Shown here: piece by piece, positions 49,776 to 58,195 of the stretch | How positions within the stretch are numbered: position 1 is the first letter of the stretch | How the letters are laid out: the number at the start of each line of letters is the position of its first letter | Source of the DNA: Leptonemataceae bacterium | GTDB taxonomy: Bacteria > Spirochaetota > Leptospiria > Leptospirales > Leptonemataceae | Reading direction: 5' to 3' | DNA: 64,000 nucleotides | Assembly (NCBI GenBank): GCA_965227295.1 | Contig: OZ245742.1 | Coordinates: 1,024,001 to 1,088,000, forward strand | The notes under the pieces: model-generated | Database searches by the model: none | What the model saw: only the letters and a program-made list of their open reading frames with translations | What the model was told of the DNA's origin: nothing | Position numbers and translations under genes: made by a program

Positions 49776-51125
49776 TCATTCCGGCGCGGGAAGTACAAGC
49801 AAAAAACGCGCGCCCGAGCCGTGCAGTGGTCGCGCGGCCAGTAAACGCCCGCCGATGCGCCGACTCAGGTCCCGGGCCGACGCCAGGCCGATGCCCCAGC
49901 CTCCGCCGGCACGGCCGATGTTTTGCTCGGAAACCTCGAAGGAATTCTCACGTGATACCAGACCTGTACCCGAGTCTTCCACATCCACGATGACATGCCT
50001 GTGCCGCGGGCTTACGCTCACGTAGAGCCGGCCGGGACTGGAACTGAACTTCACTGCGTTGGAAATCAAATTAAACAAGATGCGACTCAGAGCCGTGCGA
50101 TTCGACAGGCAAATCGGCTCGGTTTCACCGCGCAACTCGTAATGCAGTTCAATGCGCCGACGTTCCAACAGCTCCTCGTGAATACCCAGCACCTCGTCGA
50201 TGCATTCACGAACGGAAAAACGATCCGTGTCCTCGGGATTGATGCGCCCGGTTTCCAACTGCAACAGGTCGTGCGTAAAATGCTCCAGCACGTGCAGTTG
50301 TTTCTTAATGCGTTCGAGGAGGCGTTCGATTCCCTGGGCGTGCTCCGTCCGGCTCGGTCGTAGTTCGCCGACCAGTAACTCCATGTTTTCGTAACTTAAG
50401 AAAAGATGAGCGAGGGGCATGCGGATGTCATGGGTAATGCGCACGAGACTGCGTTCCCGGGACTCGTAGCGGCGGCGCATCTCATGGAGCTCCCGGGCCG
50501 TGGCAGTGCTCTCTTCTTCGAACAATTGCAGGCCGCGGCGATCCGGCAGTTCGGCCAGGCGCCGCGCGAAGGCCCGCACGCCGGCCAGCAATCGATCCTG
50601 GTCCGGAGTGAATTCATCTTCCGCACAAACGGCAATGAGATGCAGGCGCGGATCCAGTTCAGCGGCCGCGGCGAGGCATACACTCAGTGCGCCCCGCGTC
50701 CTTGATCGCGAGAGCATAGCACGCCAGTCCCGAAATGTGGACGACTCCGCATCGATGGCCCGCCGAATCACGGCGGCGTCGAGACCACAGGAGTGCATGC
50801 GCTGTAACCAGTTGCGGAGCCGCGGTGCGCGAGATTCAAACCAACGCCGCGAAGATTCTGAGGTATGGAGGAAGCGTAGCCGGCCGTCCTTGCGACGCAG
50901 AACCAGGGCATGGCGTCGACCGGGCAACGATCGACAGAGATAGTCCGCCCGCGCATCCGGCCCCGGCAACGGCTGAGATCGCACACCACGGAGCCGTTCA
51001 TAATAACGCCGACGATCCCGGTGCCGCCGCGATGTCGCCAGCAGGCGACCGAAGATACTGAGAGTGGTCCACGCGAGGCCGATGCCGACCGGCAATAACG
51101 TCACCGCGGATATCCACAGATCCAT
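49776..51125 (-). CDS. Sensor histidine kinase
   Basis: H-box ITHDIRMPL, N-box NLISNAVKF, VEDSGTG, GWGIGLA; single N-terminal TM. Confidence 0.88.
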   Translation of the reverse strand: MDLWISAVTLLPVGIGLAWTTLSIFGRLLATSRRHRDRRRYYERLRGVRSQPLPGPDARADYLCRSLPGRRHALVLRRKDGRLRFLHTSESSRRWFESRAPRLRNWLQRMHSCGLDAAVIRRAIDAESSTFRDWRAMLSRSRTRGALSVCLAAAAELDPRLHLIAVCAEDEFTPDQDRLLAGVRAFARRLAELPDRRGLQLFEEESTATARELHEMRRRYESRERSLVRITHDIRMPLAHLFLSYENMELLVGELRPSRTEHAQGIERLLERIKKQLHVLEHFTHDLLQLETGRINPEDTDRFSVRECIDEVLGIHEELLERRRIELHYELRGETEPICLSNRTALSRILFNLISNAVKFSSSPGRLYVSVSPRHRHVIVDVEDSGTGLVSRENSFEVSEQNIGRAGGGWGIGLASARDLSRRIGGRLLAARPLHGSGARFLLVLPAPE

Positions 51126-51211
51126 GTCCGTGTATCGGCTCTGGAAAAGATGTACGTGACCGCCCGCGCACCCGAATTTTTCTGGCATGATAGCCGTTTT
51201 CCGTAAGCATC

Positions 51212-51910
51212 ATGGCGACCGAAATTCAATCCATGTCCGCCTCCGCGTCCGAAACTACCACGCGTTTCCTGAAGTATGCGGAGCTGTATCTTTCTCTGCA
51301 GGGCGAGGGCAAACATTCGGGCCTGCCGTGTTTTTTTATTCGTACCGCGGTTTGCGATCTGCGCTGCCGTTGGTGTGACACGCCGGAAGCCCTGAGCGGC
51401 GGTGAGTGGATTTCCCGGGACGAGATTCTGAGCGCCGTTCCGGATCACGTGGAGCTCGTCCAGATCACCGGCGGCGAGCCGCTCGTGCAAAAAGATCGCA
51501 TCATCGAACTTATAGAAATCCTCAGCGCGGCTCCGCACCACAAGAAGGTGCTCCTGGAAACCGGCGGTCATCGCAGCCTGGCGGGTCTGCCCGAGAGTGC
51601 TCACATCGTTATGGACATTAAACTGCCGGCATCCGGCGAAGGCCGGCACGACTTCGCCGCAAACTTCCAGTATCTAAAACGTGAAGATGAAATTAAGTTC
51701 GTCGTCGCCGACCGCAATGATTTCGAACGGGCCGAACGCTGGATTCGTGAGTACCGTCTGGAGGACGTGTGTGATCTGCTTTTTTCTCCCGCCTGGGATC
51801 AACTCTCACTGAACGATCTGGCTCAATGGATACTCGATGCGAAACTCCGGGCGCGTCTGCAAACGCAGTTGCACAAACATGCCTGGGGCGGAGAGGCCAC
51901 CGGTGTCTGA
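51212..51910 (+). CDS. queE: 7-carboxy-7-deazaguanine synthase (radical SAM)
   Basis: SLQGEG, CDLRCRWCDT, ITGGEP, LQTQLHK. Confidence 0.93.
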   Translation: MATEIQSMSASASETTTRFLKYAELYLSLQGEGKHSGLPCFFIRTAVCDLRCRWCDTPEALSGGEWISRDEILSAVPDHVELVQITGGEPLVQKDRIIELIEILSAAPHHKKVLLETGGHRSLAGLPESAHIVMDIKLPASGEGRHDFAANFQYLKREDEIKFVVADRNDFERAERWIREYRLEDVCDLLFSPAWDQLSLNDLAQWILDAKLRARLQTQLHKHAWGGEATGV

Positions 51911-52277
51911 AAGTCGCCGCGTCGAGATTGCGAAGTCCTTTCGCTTCGAAGCAGCCCATCTGCTACCGAACGTACCGGAAGGGCACAAGTGCCGGCGACT
52001 GCATGGTCATTCGTTTCGGTTTGAGGTCAAGCTGGCCGGAGAAGCGGATCCGCATACGGGCTGGCTCCTGGACTTCGGCGACATCAGCCGCGTCGTTAAG
52101 CCGTTGATTGAAAATTCTCTGGATCATCGTTACTTAAACGATGTGCCCGGTCTGGAAAATCCTACGAGTGAGAACCTGGCCATCTGGCTCTGGCAGCGCA
52201 TTCGGCCGGAACTGCCGCAGCTCGCGGAAATCGTCGTCTACGAAACCTGCAATTCCTGTTGCATCTATCGCGGCTGA
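51903..52277 (+). CDS. queD: 6-carboxytetrahydropterin synthase
   Basis: FEAAH, KCRRLHGHS, LDHRYLN, NPTSEN; GTG start at 51903. Confidence 0.95.
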   Translation: MSESRRVEIAKSFRFEAAHLLPNVPEGHKCRRLHGHSFRFEVKLAGEADPHTGWLLDFGDISRVVKPLIENSLDHRYLNDVPGLENPTSENLAIWLWQRIRPELPQLAEIVVYETCNSCCIYRG

Positions 52278-52330
52278 AGTCAAAATGTGAACCTGCGCTG
52301 CACCGGACTCAGCGCCTGCGAATCTTTGCC

Positions 52331-53032
52331 ATGGCTCCGCAATCCAAAAACGATCTCGCCGTAGTGCTGCTCAGCGGCGGCCTGGATTCCGCAACGGTAT
52401 TGTCCATTGCGCGCGAAGAGAACAAGGAATTGATCGCTCTCTCCTTCTGGTACGGCCAGCGCCACGCCGTAGAACTGGAATGTTCACAACGCCTGGCCCG
52501 GGGCGCGGACGTTCGGCACTTAATCGTCAAGCTCGACCCCGCCCTCTTTCGCGGCTCGGCGCTGGTCGGCGAAGCCATCGATATTCCGGTAGATCGAAAC
52601 ATCGACGCGTCCATTCCCGTAACTTACGTCCCCGCACGGAATATTCTCTTTCTTTCGCATGCCCTCGCGCTGGCCGAGTCATCCGGCGCGTCGCGAATCT
52701 ACATCGGCGTGAACGCCCTGGATTATTCCGGCTACCCGGACTGCCGCCCCGAGTTTCTACAGGCCTTTGAAAAGGCGGCCTTGCTCGGCATGAAACAAGG
52801 TGTGGAAGGAAACCCGGTGCGTTTCCACGCCCCGCTGGTAAAATTGAGCAAAGCTGAAATCATCCTCCGTGGGACTGAGCTGGGTGTGGACTACGGTAAT
52901 ACTTCGAGTTGTTACCAGCCCGCGGATGACGGAGCTCCGTGCGGCCGCTGCGACAGTTGCGCCCTGCGTGCGAAAGGTTTCGCCGAAGCCGGCATCGCGG
53001 ACCCGCTCGTTCAGAAATTTACGGACCGGTAA
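52331..53032 (+). CDS. queC: 7-cyano-7-deazaguanine synthase
   Basis: LLSGGLDS, YGQRH, TYVPARN, YSGYPDCRPEF, SCY, CGRCDSC. Confidence 0.95.
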   Translation: MAPQSKNDLAVVLLSGGLDSATVLSIAREENKELIALSFWYGQRHAVELECSQRLARGADVRHLIVKLDPALFRGSALVGEAIDIPVDRNIDASIPVTYVPARNILFLSHALALAESSGASRIYIGVNALDYSGYPDCRPEFLQAFEKAALLGMKQGVEGNPVRFHAPLVKLSKAEIILRGTELGVDYGNTSSCYQPADDGAPCGRCDSCALRAKGFAEAGIADPLVQKFTDR

Positions 53033-53109
53033 ATCTTCGCCTTCGGCCCGGGATGTCCCGGCAATTGACAATTGACACCACAAGTCGTGTAGCTAGTTTC
53101 ATCTACGCT

Positions 53110-53856
53110 ATGACGAAGGTCCTCGGAGCCATTCCCGCTCGCTACGCATCGCAACGATTCCCCGGCAAACCCCTGGCCATGATCGGCAACAAACCCATGA
53201 TTCAGTGGGTGTACGAGGCCGCCCAACGCTGTGAAGATCTGGATGCAGTCGTCATTGCCACGGACGACGAACGCATTCGCGAGGCCGTAACGAGCTTCGG
53301 CGGCGAAGTCCTCATGACGTCCGAGAACCATCGCAGCGGAACCGATCGGCTGGCCGAGGTGGCGGACTTCTACAAAGACTACGAGGTGCTGGTCAACATC
53401 CAGGGCGACGAACCCGGCATCGATCCGGGATTGATCAGCGGCGTAACACGGCTGAAGCTTGAGCATCCGGAATGGGAAGTCAGCACGGCGGCGCGGCCCT
53501 TCGGCAAGAGCGAGGATCCCCTGGTTCCGAATCGCGTGAAGGTTGTATTGAGCCGCAGCGGCCGGGCCCTGTATTTTTCGCGATCCCTCATTCCCTTTCC
53601 GCGCAACAAGAGCGACCACCCGGTGTATCTGCATCTCGGCATCTACGCCTACCAGCGGGACTTCCTCATGCGATTTCATACGCTCCCGCCGTCGCATCTC
53701 GAAGGAACGGAGTCCCTCGAACAACTGCGCGTTCTGGAGAACGACTTCAACATCGGTGTGTACCTGGCCGCGGAAGCGGAACTGCCCGGAGTGGACTCCC
53801 CGGAAGATCTACAAAAGATCAAGCAAATATTCAAAGAACGTAAGTTAATCGACTGA
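53110..53856 (+). CDS. kdsB: 3-deoxy-manno-octulosonate cytidylyltransferase
   Basis: IPARYASQRFPGKPL, SGTDR, NIQGDEP, ALYFSRS, HLGIYAY, ESLEQLR. Confidence 0.95.
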   Translation: MTKVLGAIPARYASQRFPGKPLAMIGNKPMIQWVYEAAQRCEDLDAVVIATDDERIREAVTSFGGEVLMTSENHRSGTDRLAEVADFYKDYEVLVNIQGDEPGIDPGLISGVTRLKLEHPEWEVSTAARPFGKSEDPLVPNRVKVVLSRSGRALYFSRSLIPFPRNKSDHPVYLHLGIYAYQRDFLMRFHTLPPSHLEGTESLEQLRVLENDFNIGVYLAAEAELPGVDSPEDLQKIKQIFKERKLID

Positions 53857-53877
53857 CGTTACGGAGGCTGCACGTTC

Positions 53878-54843
53878 ATGGCGCAATCGGTCGGCACGAC
53901 CCTGATGGAAATCGTCAAGCGAATCCGCGATGTAAATCACGGCCAGAAAGAGTATCCCATCCCGGCCTCCGACACCATCTACCGGAAGCACATGCCGGAC
54001 CTCGTCAAAGACGACAAGCAGCTCCAGGAATACCTGGACGTCCTCACCGAGGCGCACTATCTGTTTGAGATCTCCATGGTGGAGCCGGACGATACGCTCA
54101 TGATCTCCGGTATTAACGGCTACGTCGTCGCGGACATTCCGACGCTCAAGGTCTTACGTGAGCGCGCGGACAACGACCTGGAATCCGTCTACGAACAGCA
54201 GTTTTATCGACGCAAGCAGGTCGTCACGATCATCCGGGAGTTACTGCCCCAGGCGCGGAACTTCAACAACACCGACCTCGGCCGCGCGCTGAACATCGCC
54301 GTTATGTTGCAGCAGTTCGAACAATTGCTGACGACGACCTTCGGCGAATACACGGACACCTGGAAGCGCCGGAAGCTGGAAGAACTCGTGCCGGACCTGG
54401 GTTTGCAGGACGAACCCACGGACGGGGGCGGCTCCGCTCCCATGGAAGATCCCACGGCACCGCCGGGCCACCAAGACGACCACCTCGATCATCCGCCGGA
54501 TACACATCCCAAACGCGCCGTGGACAGCGGCGAACTCGCCCGCATCCAGGAAATGGACCGCAGCGGCAACTGGGGCAGCGCCGTAGATCGTTACGGCGTG
54601 CAGTTCCTGCTGCGTATCCACTTTCGTAAGTACGAATTCGATAAAGTTAAGTGGCTGATGCGTACCGGCAAGGTCGCCCGCGAGGAAGATCTACGTTTCG
54701 TTCGCAACACCATCCGCACCATGGAAGGCCGCACGCACCTGGACCTCAAGCTGCTGAAGTTCGACAAAGAAATGGCCGAGATCAAACGCATCGCGCAGAT
54801 GAAACTGAACCAGATTCACCAGGTCCGTAAAGGCGACGCTTAG
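53878..54843 (+). CDS. Hypothetical protein with acidic/Pro-rich linker
   Basis: 321-aa ORF with GGAGG RBS and host codon usage; no motif recognised. Confidence 0.7.
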   Translation: MAQSVGTTLMEIVKRIRDVNHGQKEYPIPASDTIYRKHMPDLVKDDKQLQEYLDVLTEAHYLFEISMVEPDDTLMISGINGYVVADIPTLKVLRERADNDLESVYEQQFYRRKQVVTIIRELLPQARNFNNTDLGRALNIAVMLQQFEQLLTTTFGEYTDTWKRRKLEELVPDLGLQDEPTDGGGSAPMEDPTAPPGHQDDHLDHPPDTHPKRAVDSGELARIQEMDRSGNWGSAVDRYGVQFLLRIHFRKYEFDKVKWLMRTGKVAREEDLRFVRNTIRTMEGRTHLDLKLLKFDKEMAEIKRIAQMKLNQIHQVRKGDA

Positions 54844-54845
54844 CA

Positions 54846-55436
54846 TCACGCCTGCACCTGCTCCACCAGCTTCACATTGAACCGACAGTAGTCCAGCCAG
54901 CCCATCCGTTCCGCCCGCGTCCGCGAGATGACCAACTGCGGCAACCACACCGGCTTCACCGGCGCCGGGTCCAGTTTCCAGCCGAGTTCCTTGAGCAGTT
55001 TGTTACCTTTCGCTGAGTTGCACTTACGGCACGCCGTCGTGAGGTTCTCCCACGAATTGAAATCGCGCGGCACGGCGTCGGCGTTTTGTTTTTTCCAGGT
55101 CCGCCAGCGAGAGCGCGGGATAATGTGATCGATCGTCAGATCCGAAAGCGAACCGCGGTTCTTGCAGTACTGGCACGTAAGATCGTCCCGCTGCATGATG
55201 TTCCACTTGTTCAGCGCCACGTCCCGCTTCGGGATCTTGTGATACTTCACCCGCGCGATGATCAGCGGCACCGCCACGCTGACGGAAGGAGATCGGAGCC
55301 GGAGCGGAGATTCCTGCACCGGAACCGCAACATTGCGAAAGATGTCGAGAATGGCCTTTCGAACCGTACAGATCTCGATGGGGATCATGCCCGCGTTCAG
55401 TACGAGCACCGACTGGCTGAGTATCGTAGTCTCCAT
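54846..55436 (-). CDS. HNH endonuclease (McrA-like family)
   Basis: VLVLNA, RDDLTCQYC, LTIDHIIPRS, WENLTTACRKCNSAKG. Confidence 0.92.
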   Translation of the reverse strand: METTILSQSVLVLNAGMIPIEICTVRKAILDIFRNVAVPVQESPLRLRSPSVSVAVPLIIARVKYHKIPKRDVALNKWNIMQRDDLTCQYCKNRGSLSDLTIDHIIPRSRWRTWKKQNADAVPRDFNSWENLTTACRKCNSAKGNKLLKELGWKLDPAPVKPVWLPQLVISRTRAERMGWLDYCRFNVKLVEQVQA

Positions 55437-55526
55437 TGTGCGCGCTCCTCCTCGCTACACGCCGTATATACGACGGGAAAACCGTCGCAGATACGGTGGG
55501 GAGCGCGCTGACTGCTACGCCCCGGA

Positions 55527-58070
55527 CTATGCTTCCGACAGGATCGCGACGTCGCGCACCCTGTCCTCGGAACCTAAGTTGACCAGTTTCACCCCGACGG
55601 TTGCCCGCCCGATCTGGGATACGTCTTTACACTGCATGCGAATGGCGAACCCGCTCTGCGCGATGATGACGATGTCGTCTTCATCCTGGACGCTGCAAAC
55701 CCGCACCGCAGGACCGTTTTTGTCGGTGATCTTGATGTACGTCATGCCTTTTCCGCCGCGGCCCTTCGACTGGAAGTTCGAATACGCGACGCGTTTACCG
55801 AAGCCCTTCTCCGAAATGACCAGCAGCGAGGTCTTCGGGTCCACGACGTCCATGCCGACGATGCGATCATCTTGATCCAGACGCATGCCGATGATGCCGC
55901 TGGCCGTGCGCCCCTGAGAACGCATCTTCGCCAGGTTCGTGCGCAGGGCATTGCCCATGCGGCTGGCCACGATGATGTCGTCTTTCGGACCGACCAGTCG
56001 CACATCGATGAGCTCATCGTCCTTGCGCAGACTCAGTGCGATGATGCCGCCCTTCTTCGCGTTTTCGAAGGCCGAAACCTCGGACTTCTTCAAGATGCCG
56101 TCCCGGGTTACCATCACGAGGGCCCGCTCGCCTTCGAAGTCCCGGGTCGCCGCCAGCGCCGTAATCTCTTCTTCGTTCGCAAGGTTAATGAGCGCCTTCA
56201 GCGACTTACCCCGCGAATCCCGGGAGGCTTCGGGAATTTCGTGCACGCGCATGAGGAAGACCTTGCCCTTGTTCGAAAAGAGCATGAGATTCTCGTGCGT
56301 CGAAGCCACCAGCATACGCCGGGTGTAGTCGTCGCGTTTGTTGGAGCCCTTCACGCCGCGCCCGCCGCGTTTTTGCCGGCGGAACGTATCGAGCGGCATG
56401 CGTTTGATGAAGCCCTCTTCGGTAAGCGCGATCACCACGTCTTCGTCGGCGATGAGGTCCATTACCTCGAAGTTCGTCGTGTCCACGGAGGAGTGGTCCA
56501 CTTCGGTGGCGCGTTTGCCGGGATACTGTTTAACGATTGCGGCCAGTTCGTCGGAGACGATCGCAAACTGCCGTTCTTCGCTTTTCAGGATCGCCTTGTA
56601 GTCCTTGATCTTGCCCTGGAGCTCTTTGAGTTCTTCAATGACCTTCGCCGATTCCAGGGAGGTAAGTTTTTGCAGGCGCATGTCCAGGATGGCGTTGGCC
56701 TGGACCTCGGAAAGTTTGAAGCGCTTCATCAACGACTTGCGGGCGTCGTCGACGGTCTTCGACTTGCGAATGATCTTGATGACTTCGTCAATAAAGTCGA
56801 GGGCGATCTTCAGTCCCTCGAGAATGTGCGCTCGCTTCTCGGCCTGGTTGAGTTCGTACTGTGTCCGCCGGACCACCACCTCGCGGCGGTGTTTGATGTA
56901 CTCGACCAGGATCTCTTTGAGATTCAGGACGCGCGGCTGGCCGTCGACGAGCGCGAGCAGGTTGATGCCGTAGCTCGTCTGCAATTGCGTTTGCTTGTAG
57001 AGTTGATTGAGGATGACCTGTGTGTTCGCGTCCTTCTTGATCTCGATCTCCACGCGAATGCCGTGGCGATCCGAGAGGTCGCGAATGTCGGCGATGCCTT
57101 CGATGACCTTGTTCTGGATCAGCTCGCCCATCTTTTCGAGCATCGTCTTCTTGTTCACCTGATACGGGATCTCGGTCACGACGATCATCTCACGACCGCG
57201 CTGCGCTTTCTCCACGTCGACCTTCGCACGAATGCGCAACGAACCGCGGCCGGACTTGTACGCGGACTTCAAACCTTCCCCGCCGATGATGATGCCGCCC
57301 GTGGGGAAGTCCGGCGCCGGGATGAACTTCATCAATTGCTCGACGGTCATGTCCGGCTTTTTGATGAGCGCGCTGACGGCTTCGATGACTTCGCCCAGGT
57401 TATGCGGCGGGATGTTCGTGGCCATGCCCACGGCAATGCCGCTCGCCCCGTTGACCAGCAGGTTCGGGAACGAAGCCGGCAGAACGTCCGGTTCGTTCTT
57501 CGTGGCGTCGAAGTTCGGGCTGAAGTTCACCGTGTCTTTGTCGATGTCCTTCAGCATCTCCTCCGCGACCTTCGTGAGCCGTGCCTCGGTGTAGCGATAA
57601 GCCGCGGGAGGGTCGCCGTCGATGCTGCCGAAGTTTCCCTGACCGTCGATCAACGGGACCCGCATGGACCAGGGCTGGGCCATACGCACGAGGGTGTCGT
57701 AGACGGCCGAGTCGCCGTGCGGATGGAAGTTACCGATGACCTCGCCGACGATCTTCGCGCACTTCACGAATGCGCGGTCGCTGCGCCAGGCACGATCGTG
57801 CATGGCGTAGAGGATGCGACGATGCACCGGCTTGAGTCCGTCACGAACGTCGGGAAGGGCCCGACCGACGATGACACTCATGGCGTAGTCGAGGTACGCC
57901 TCTTTCATCTGGTCCTGAATTTCTACGGGAACGAGGCGCTGGCCTCTGGTGAGGGCCTGCTGAAGATCGGTCCGGACGATTTCGTTGAGATGAGCGTCGT
58001 CCTGCTTGCTGCGGCGAGCGCTGGAGGATTTGGAAGACTTGCTGGATTTGCTACTGCGTTTTTTGGCCAT
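55527..58070 (-). CDS. gyrA: DNA gyrase subunit A
   Basis: RALPDVRDGLKPVHRR, HPHGD, AAYRYTEARL, GyrA-box QKRGGRG, beta-pinwheel repeats. Confidence 0.96.
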   Translation of the reverse strand: MAKKRSSKSSKSSKSSSARRSKQDDAHLNEIVRTDLQQALTRGQRLVPVEIQDQMKEAYLDYAMSVIVGRALPDVRDGLKPVHRRILYAMHDRAWRSDRAFVKCAKIVGEVIGNFHPHGDSAVYDTLVRMAQPWSMRVPLIDGQGNFGSIDGDPPAAYRYTEARLTKVAEEMLKDIDKDTVNFSPNFDATKNEPDVLPASFPNLLVNGASGIAVGMATNIPPHNLGEVIEAVSALIKKPDMTVEQLMKFIPAPDFPTGGIIIGGEGLKSAYKSGRGSLRIRAKVDVEKAQRGREMIVVTEIPYQVNKKTMLEKMGELIQNKVIEGIADIRDLSDRHGIRVEIEIKKDANTQVILNQLYKQTQLQTSYGINLLALVDGQPRVLNLKEILVEYIKHRREVVVRRTQYELNQAEKRAHILEGLKIALDFIDEVIKIIRKSKTVDDARKSLMKRFKLSEVQANAILDMRLQKLTSLESAKVIEELKELQGKIKDYKAILKSEERQFAIVSDELAAIVKQYPGKRATEVDHSSVDTTNFEVMDLIADEDVVIALTEEGFIKRMPLDTFRRQKRGGRGVKGSNKRDDYTRRMLVASTHENLMLFSNKGKVFLMRVHEIPEASRDSRGKSLKALINLANEEEITALAATRDFEGERALVMVTRDGILKKSEVSAFENAKKGGIIALSLRKDDELIDVRLVGPKDDIIVASRMGNALRTNLAKMRSQGRTASGIIGMRLDQDDRIVGMDVVDPKTSLLVISEKGFGKRVAYSNFQSKGRGGKGMTYIKITDKNGPAVRVCSVQDEDDIVIIAQSGFAIRMQCKDVSQIGRATVGVKLVNLGSEDRVRDVAILSEA

Positions 58071-58195
58071 AAAATCGGAACGTCAGGGGTTGACGGAGGT
58101 TATGTCTTATAAAACTACAGTTTCGGGCGCTTTCCTCTGGCCGCAACTTCTATTTAAAGAAGGCCCTTGAATTTGGCGGCGCCCGGAGCGAACGT

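Noticed and set aside
51126-51211. preQ1 riboswitch upstream of queE
   Set aside because: No recognisable stem plus A-rich tail of a preQ1-I aptamer.
51212-53032. queE-queD-queC as a 7-deazaguanine DNA-modification (dpd) island
   Set aside because: No dpdA/TGT-like or other dpd gene, host-like GC, followed by kdsB; ordinary queuosine precursor synthesis is the simpler reading.
54846-55436. HNH nuclease as a mobile, homing or RNA-guided element
   Set aside because: Belongs to a widespread stand-alone McrA-like family; no RuvC motifs, no flanking repeats or long ncRNA gap, host-like GC.
55872-58112. 746-aa plus-strand ORF
   Set aside because: Antisense shadow of gyrA with no motifs; the same applies to the many other overlapping ORFs in the track.
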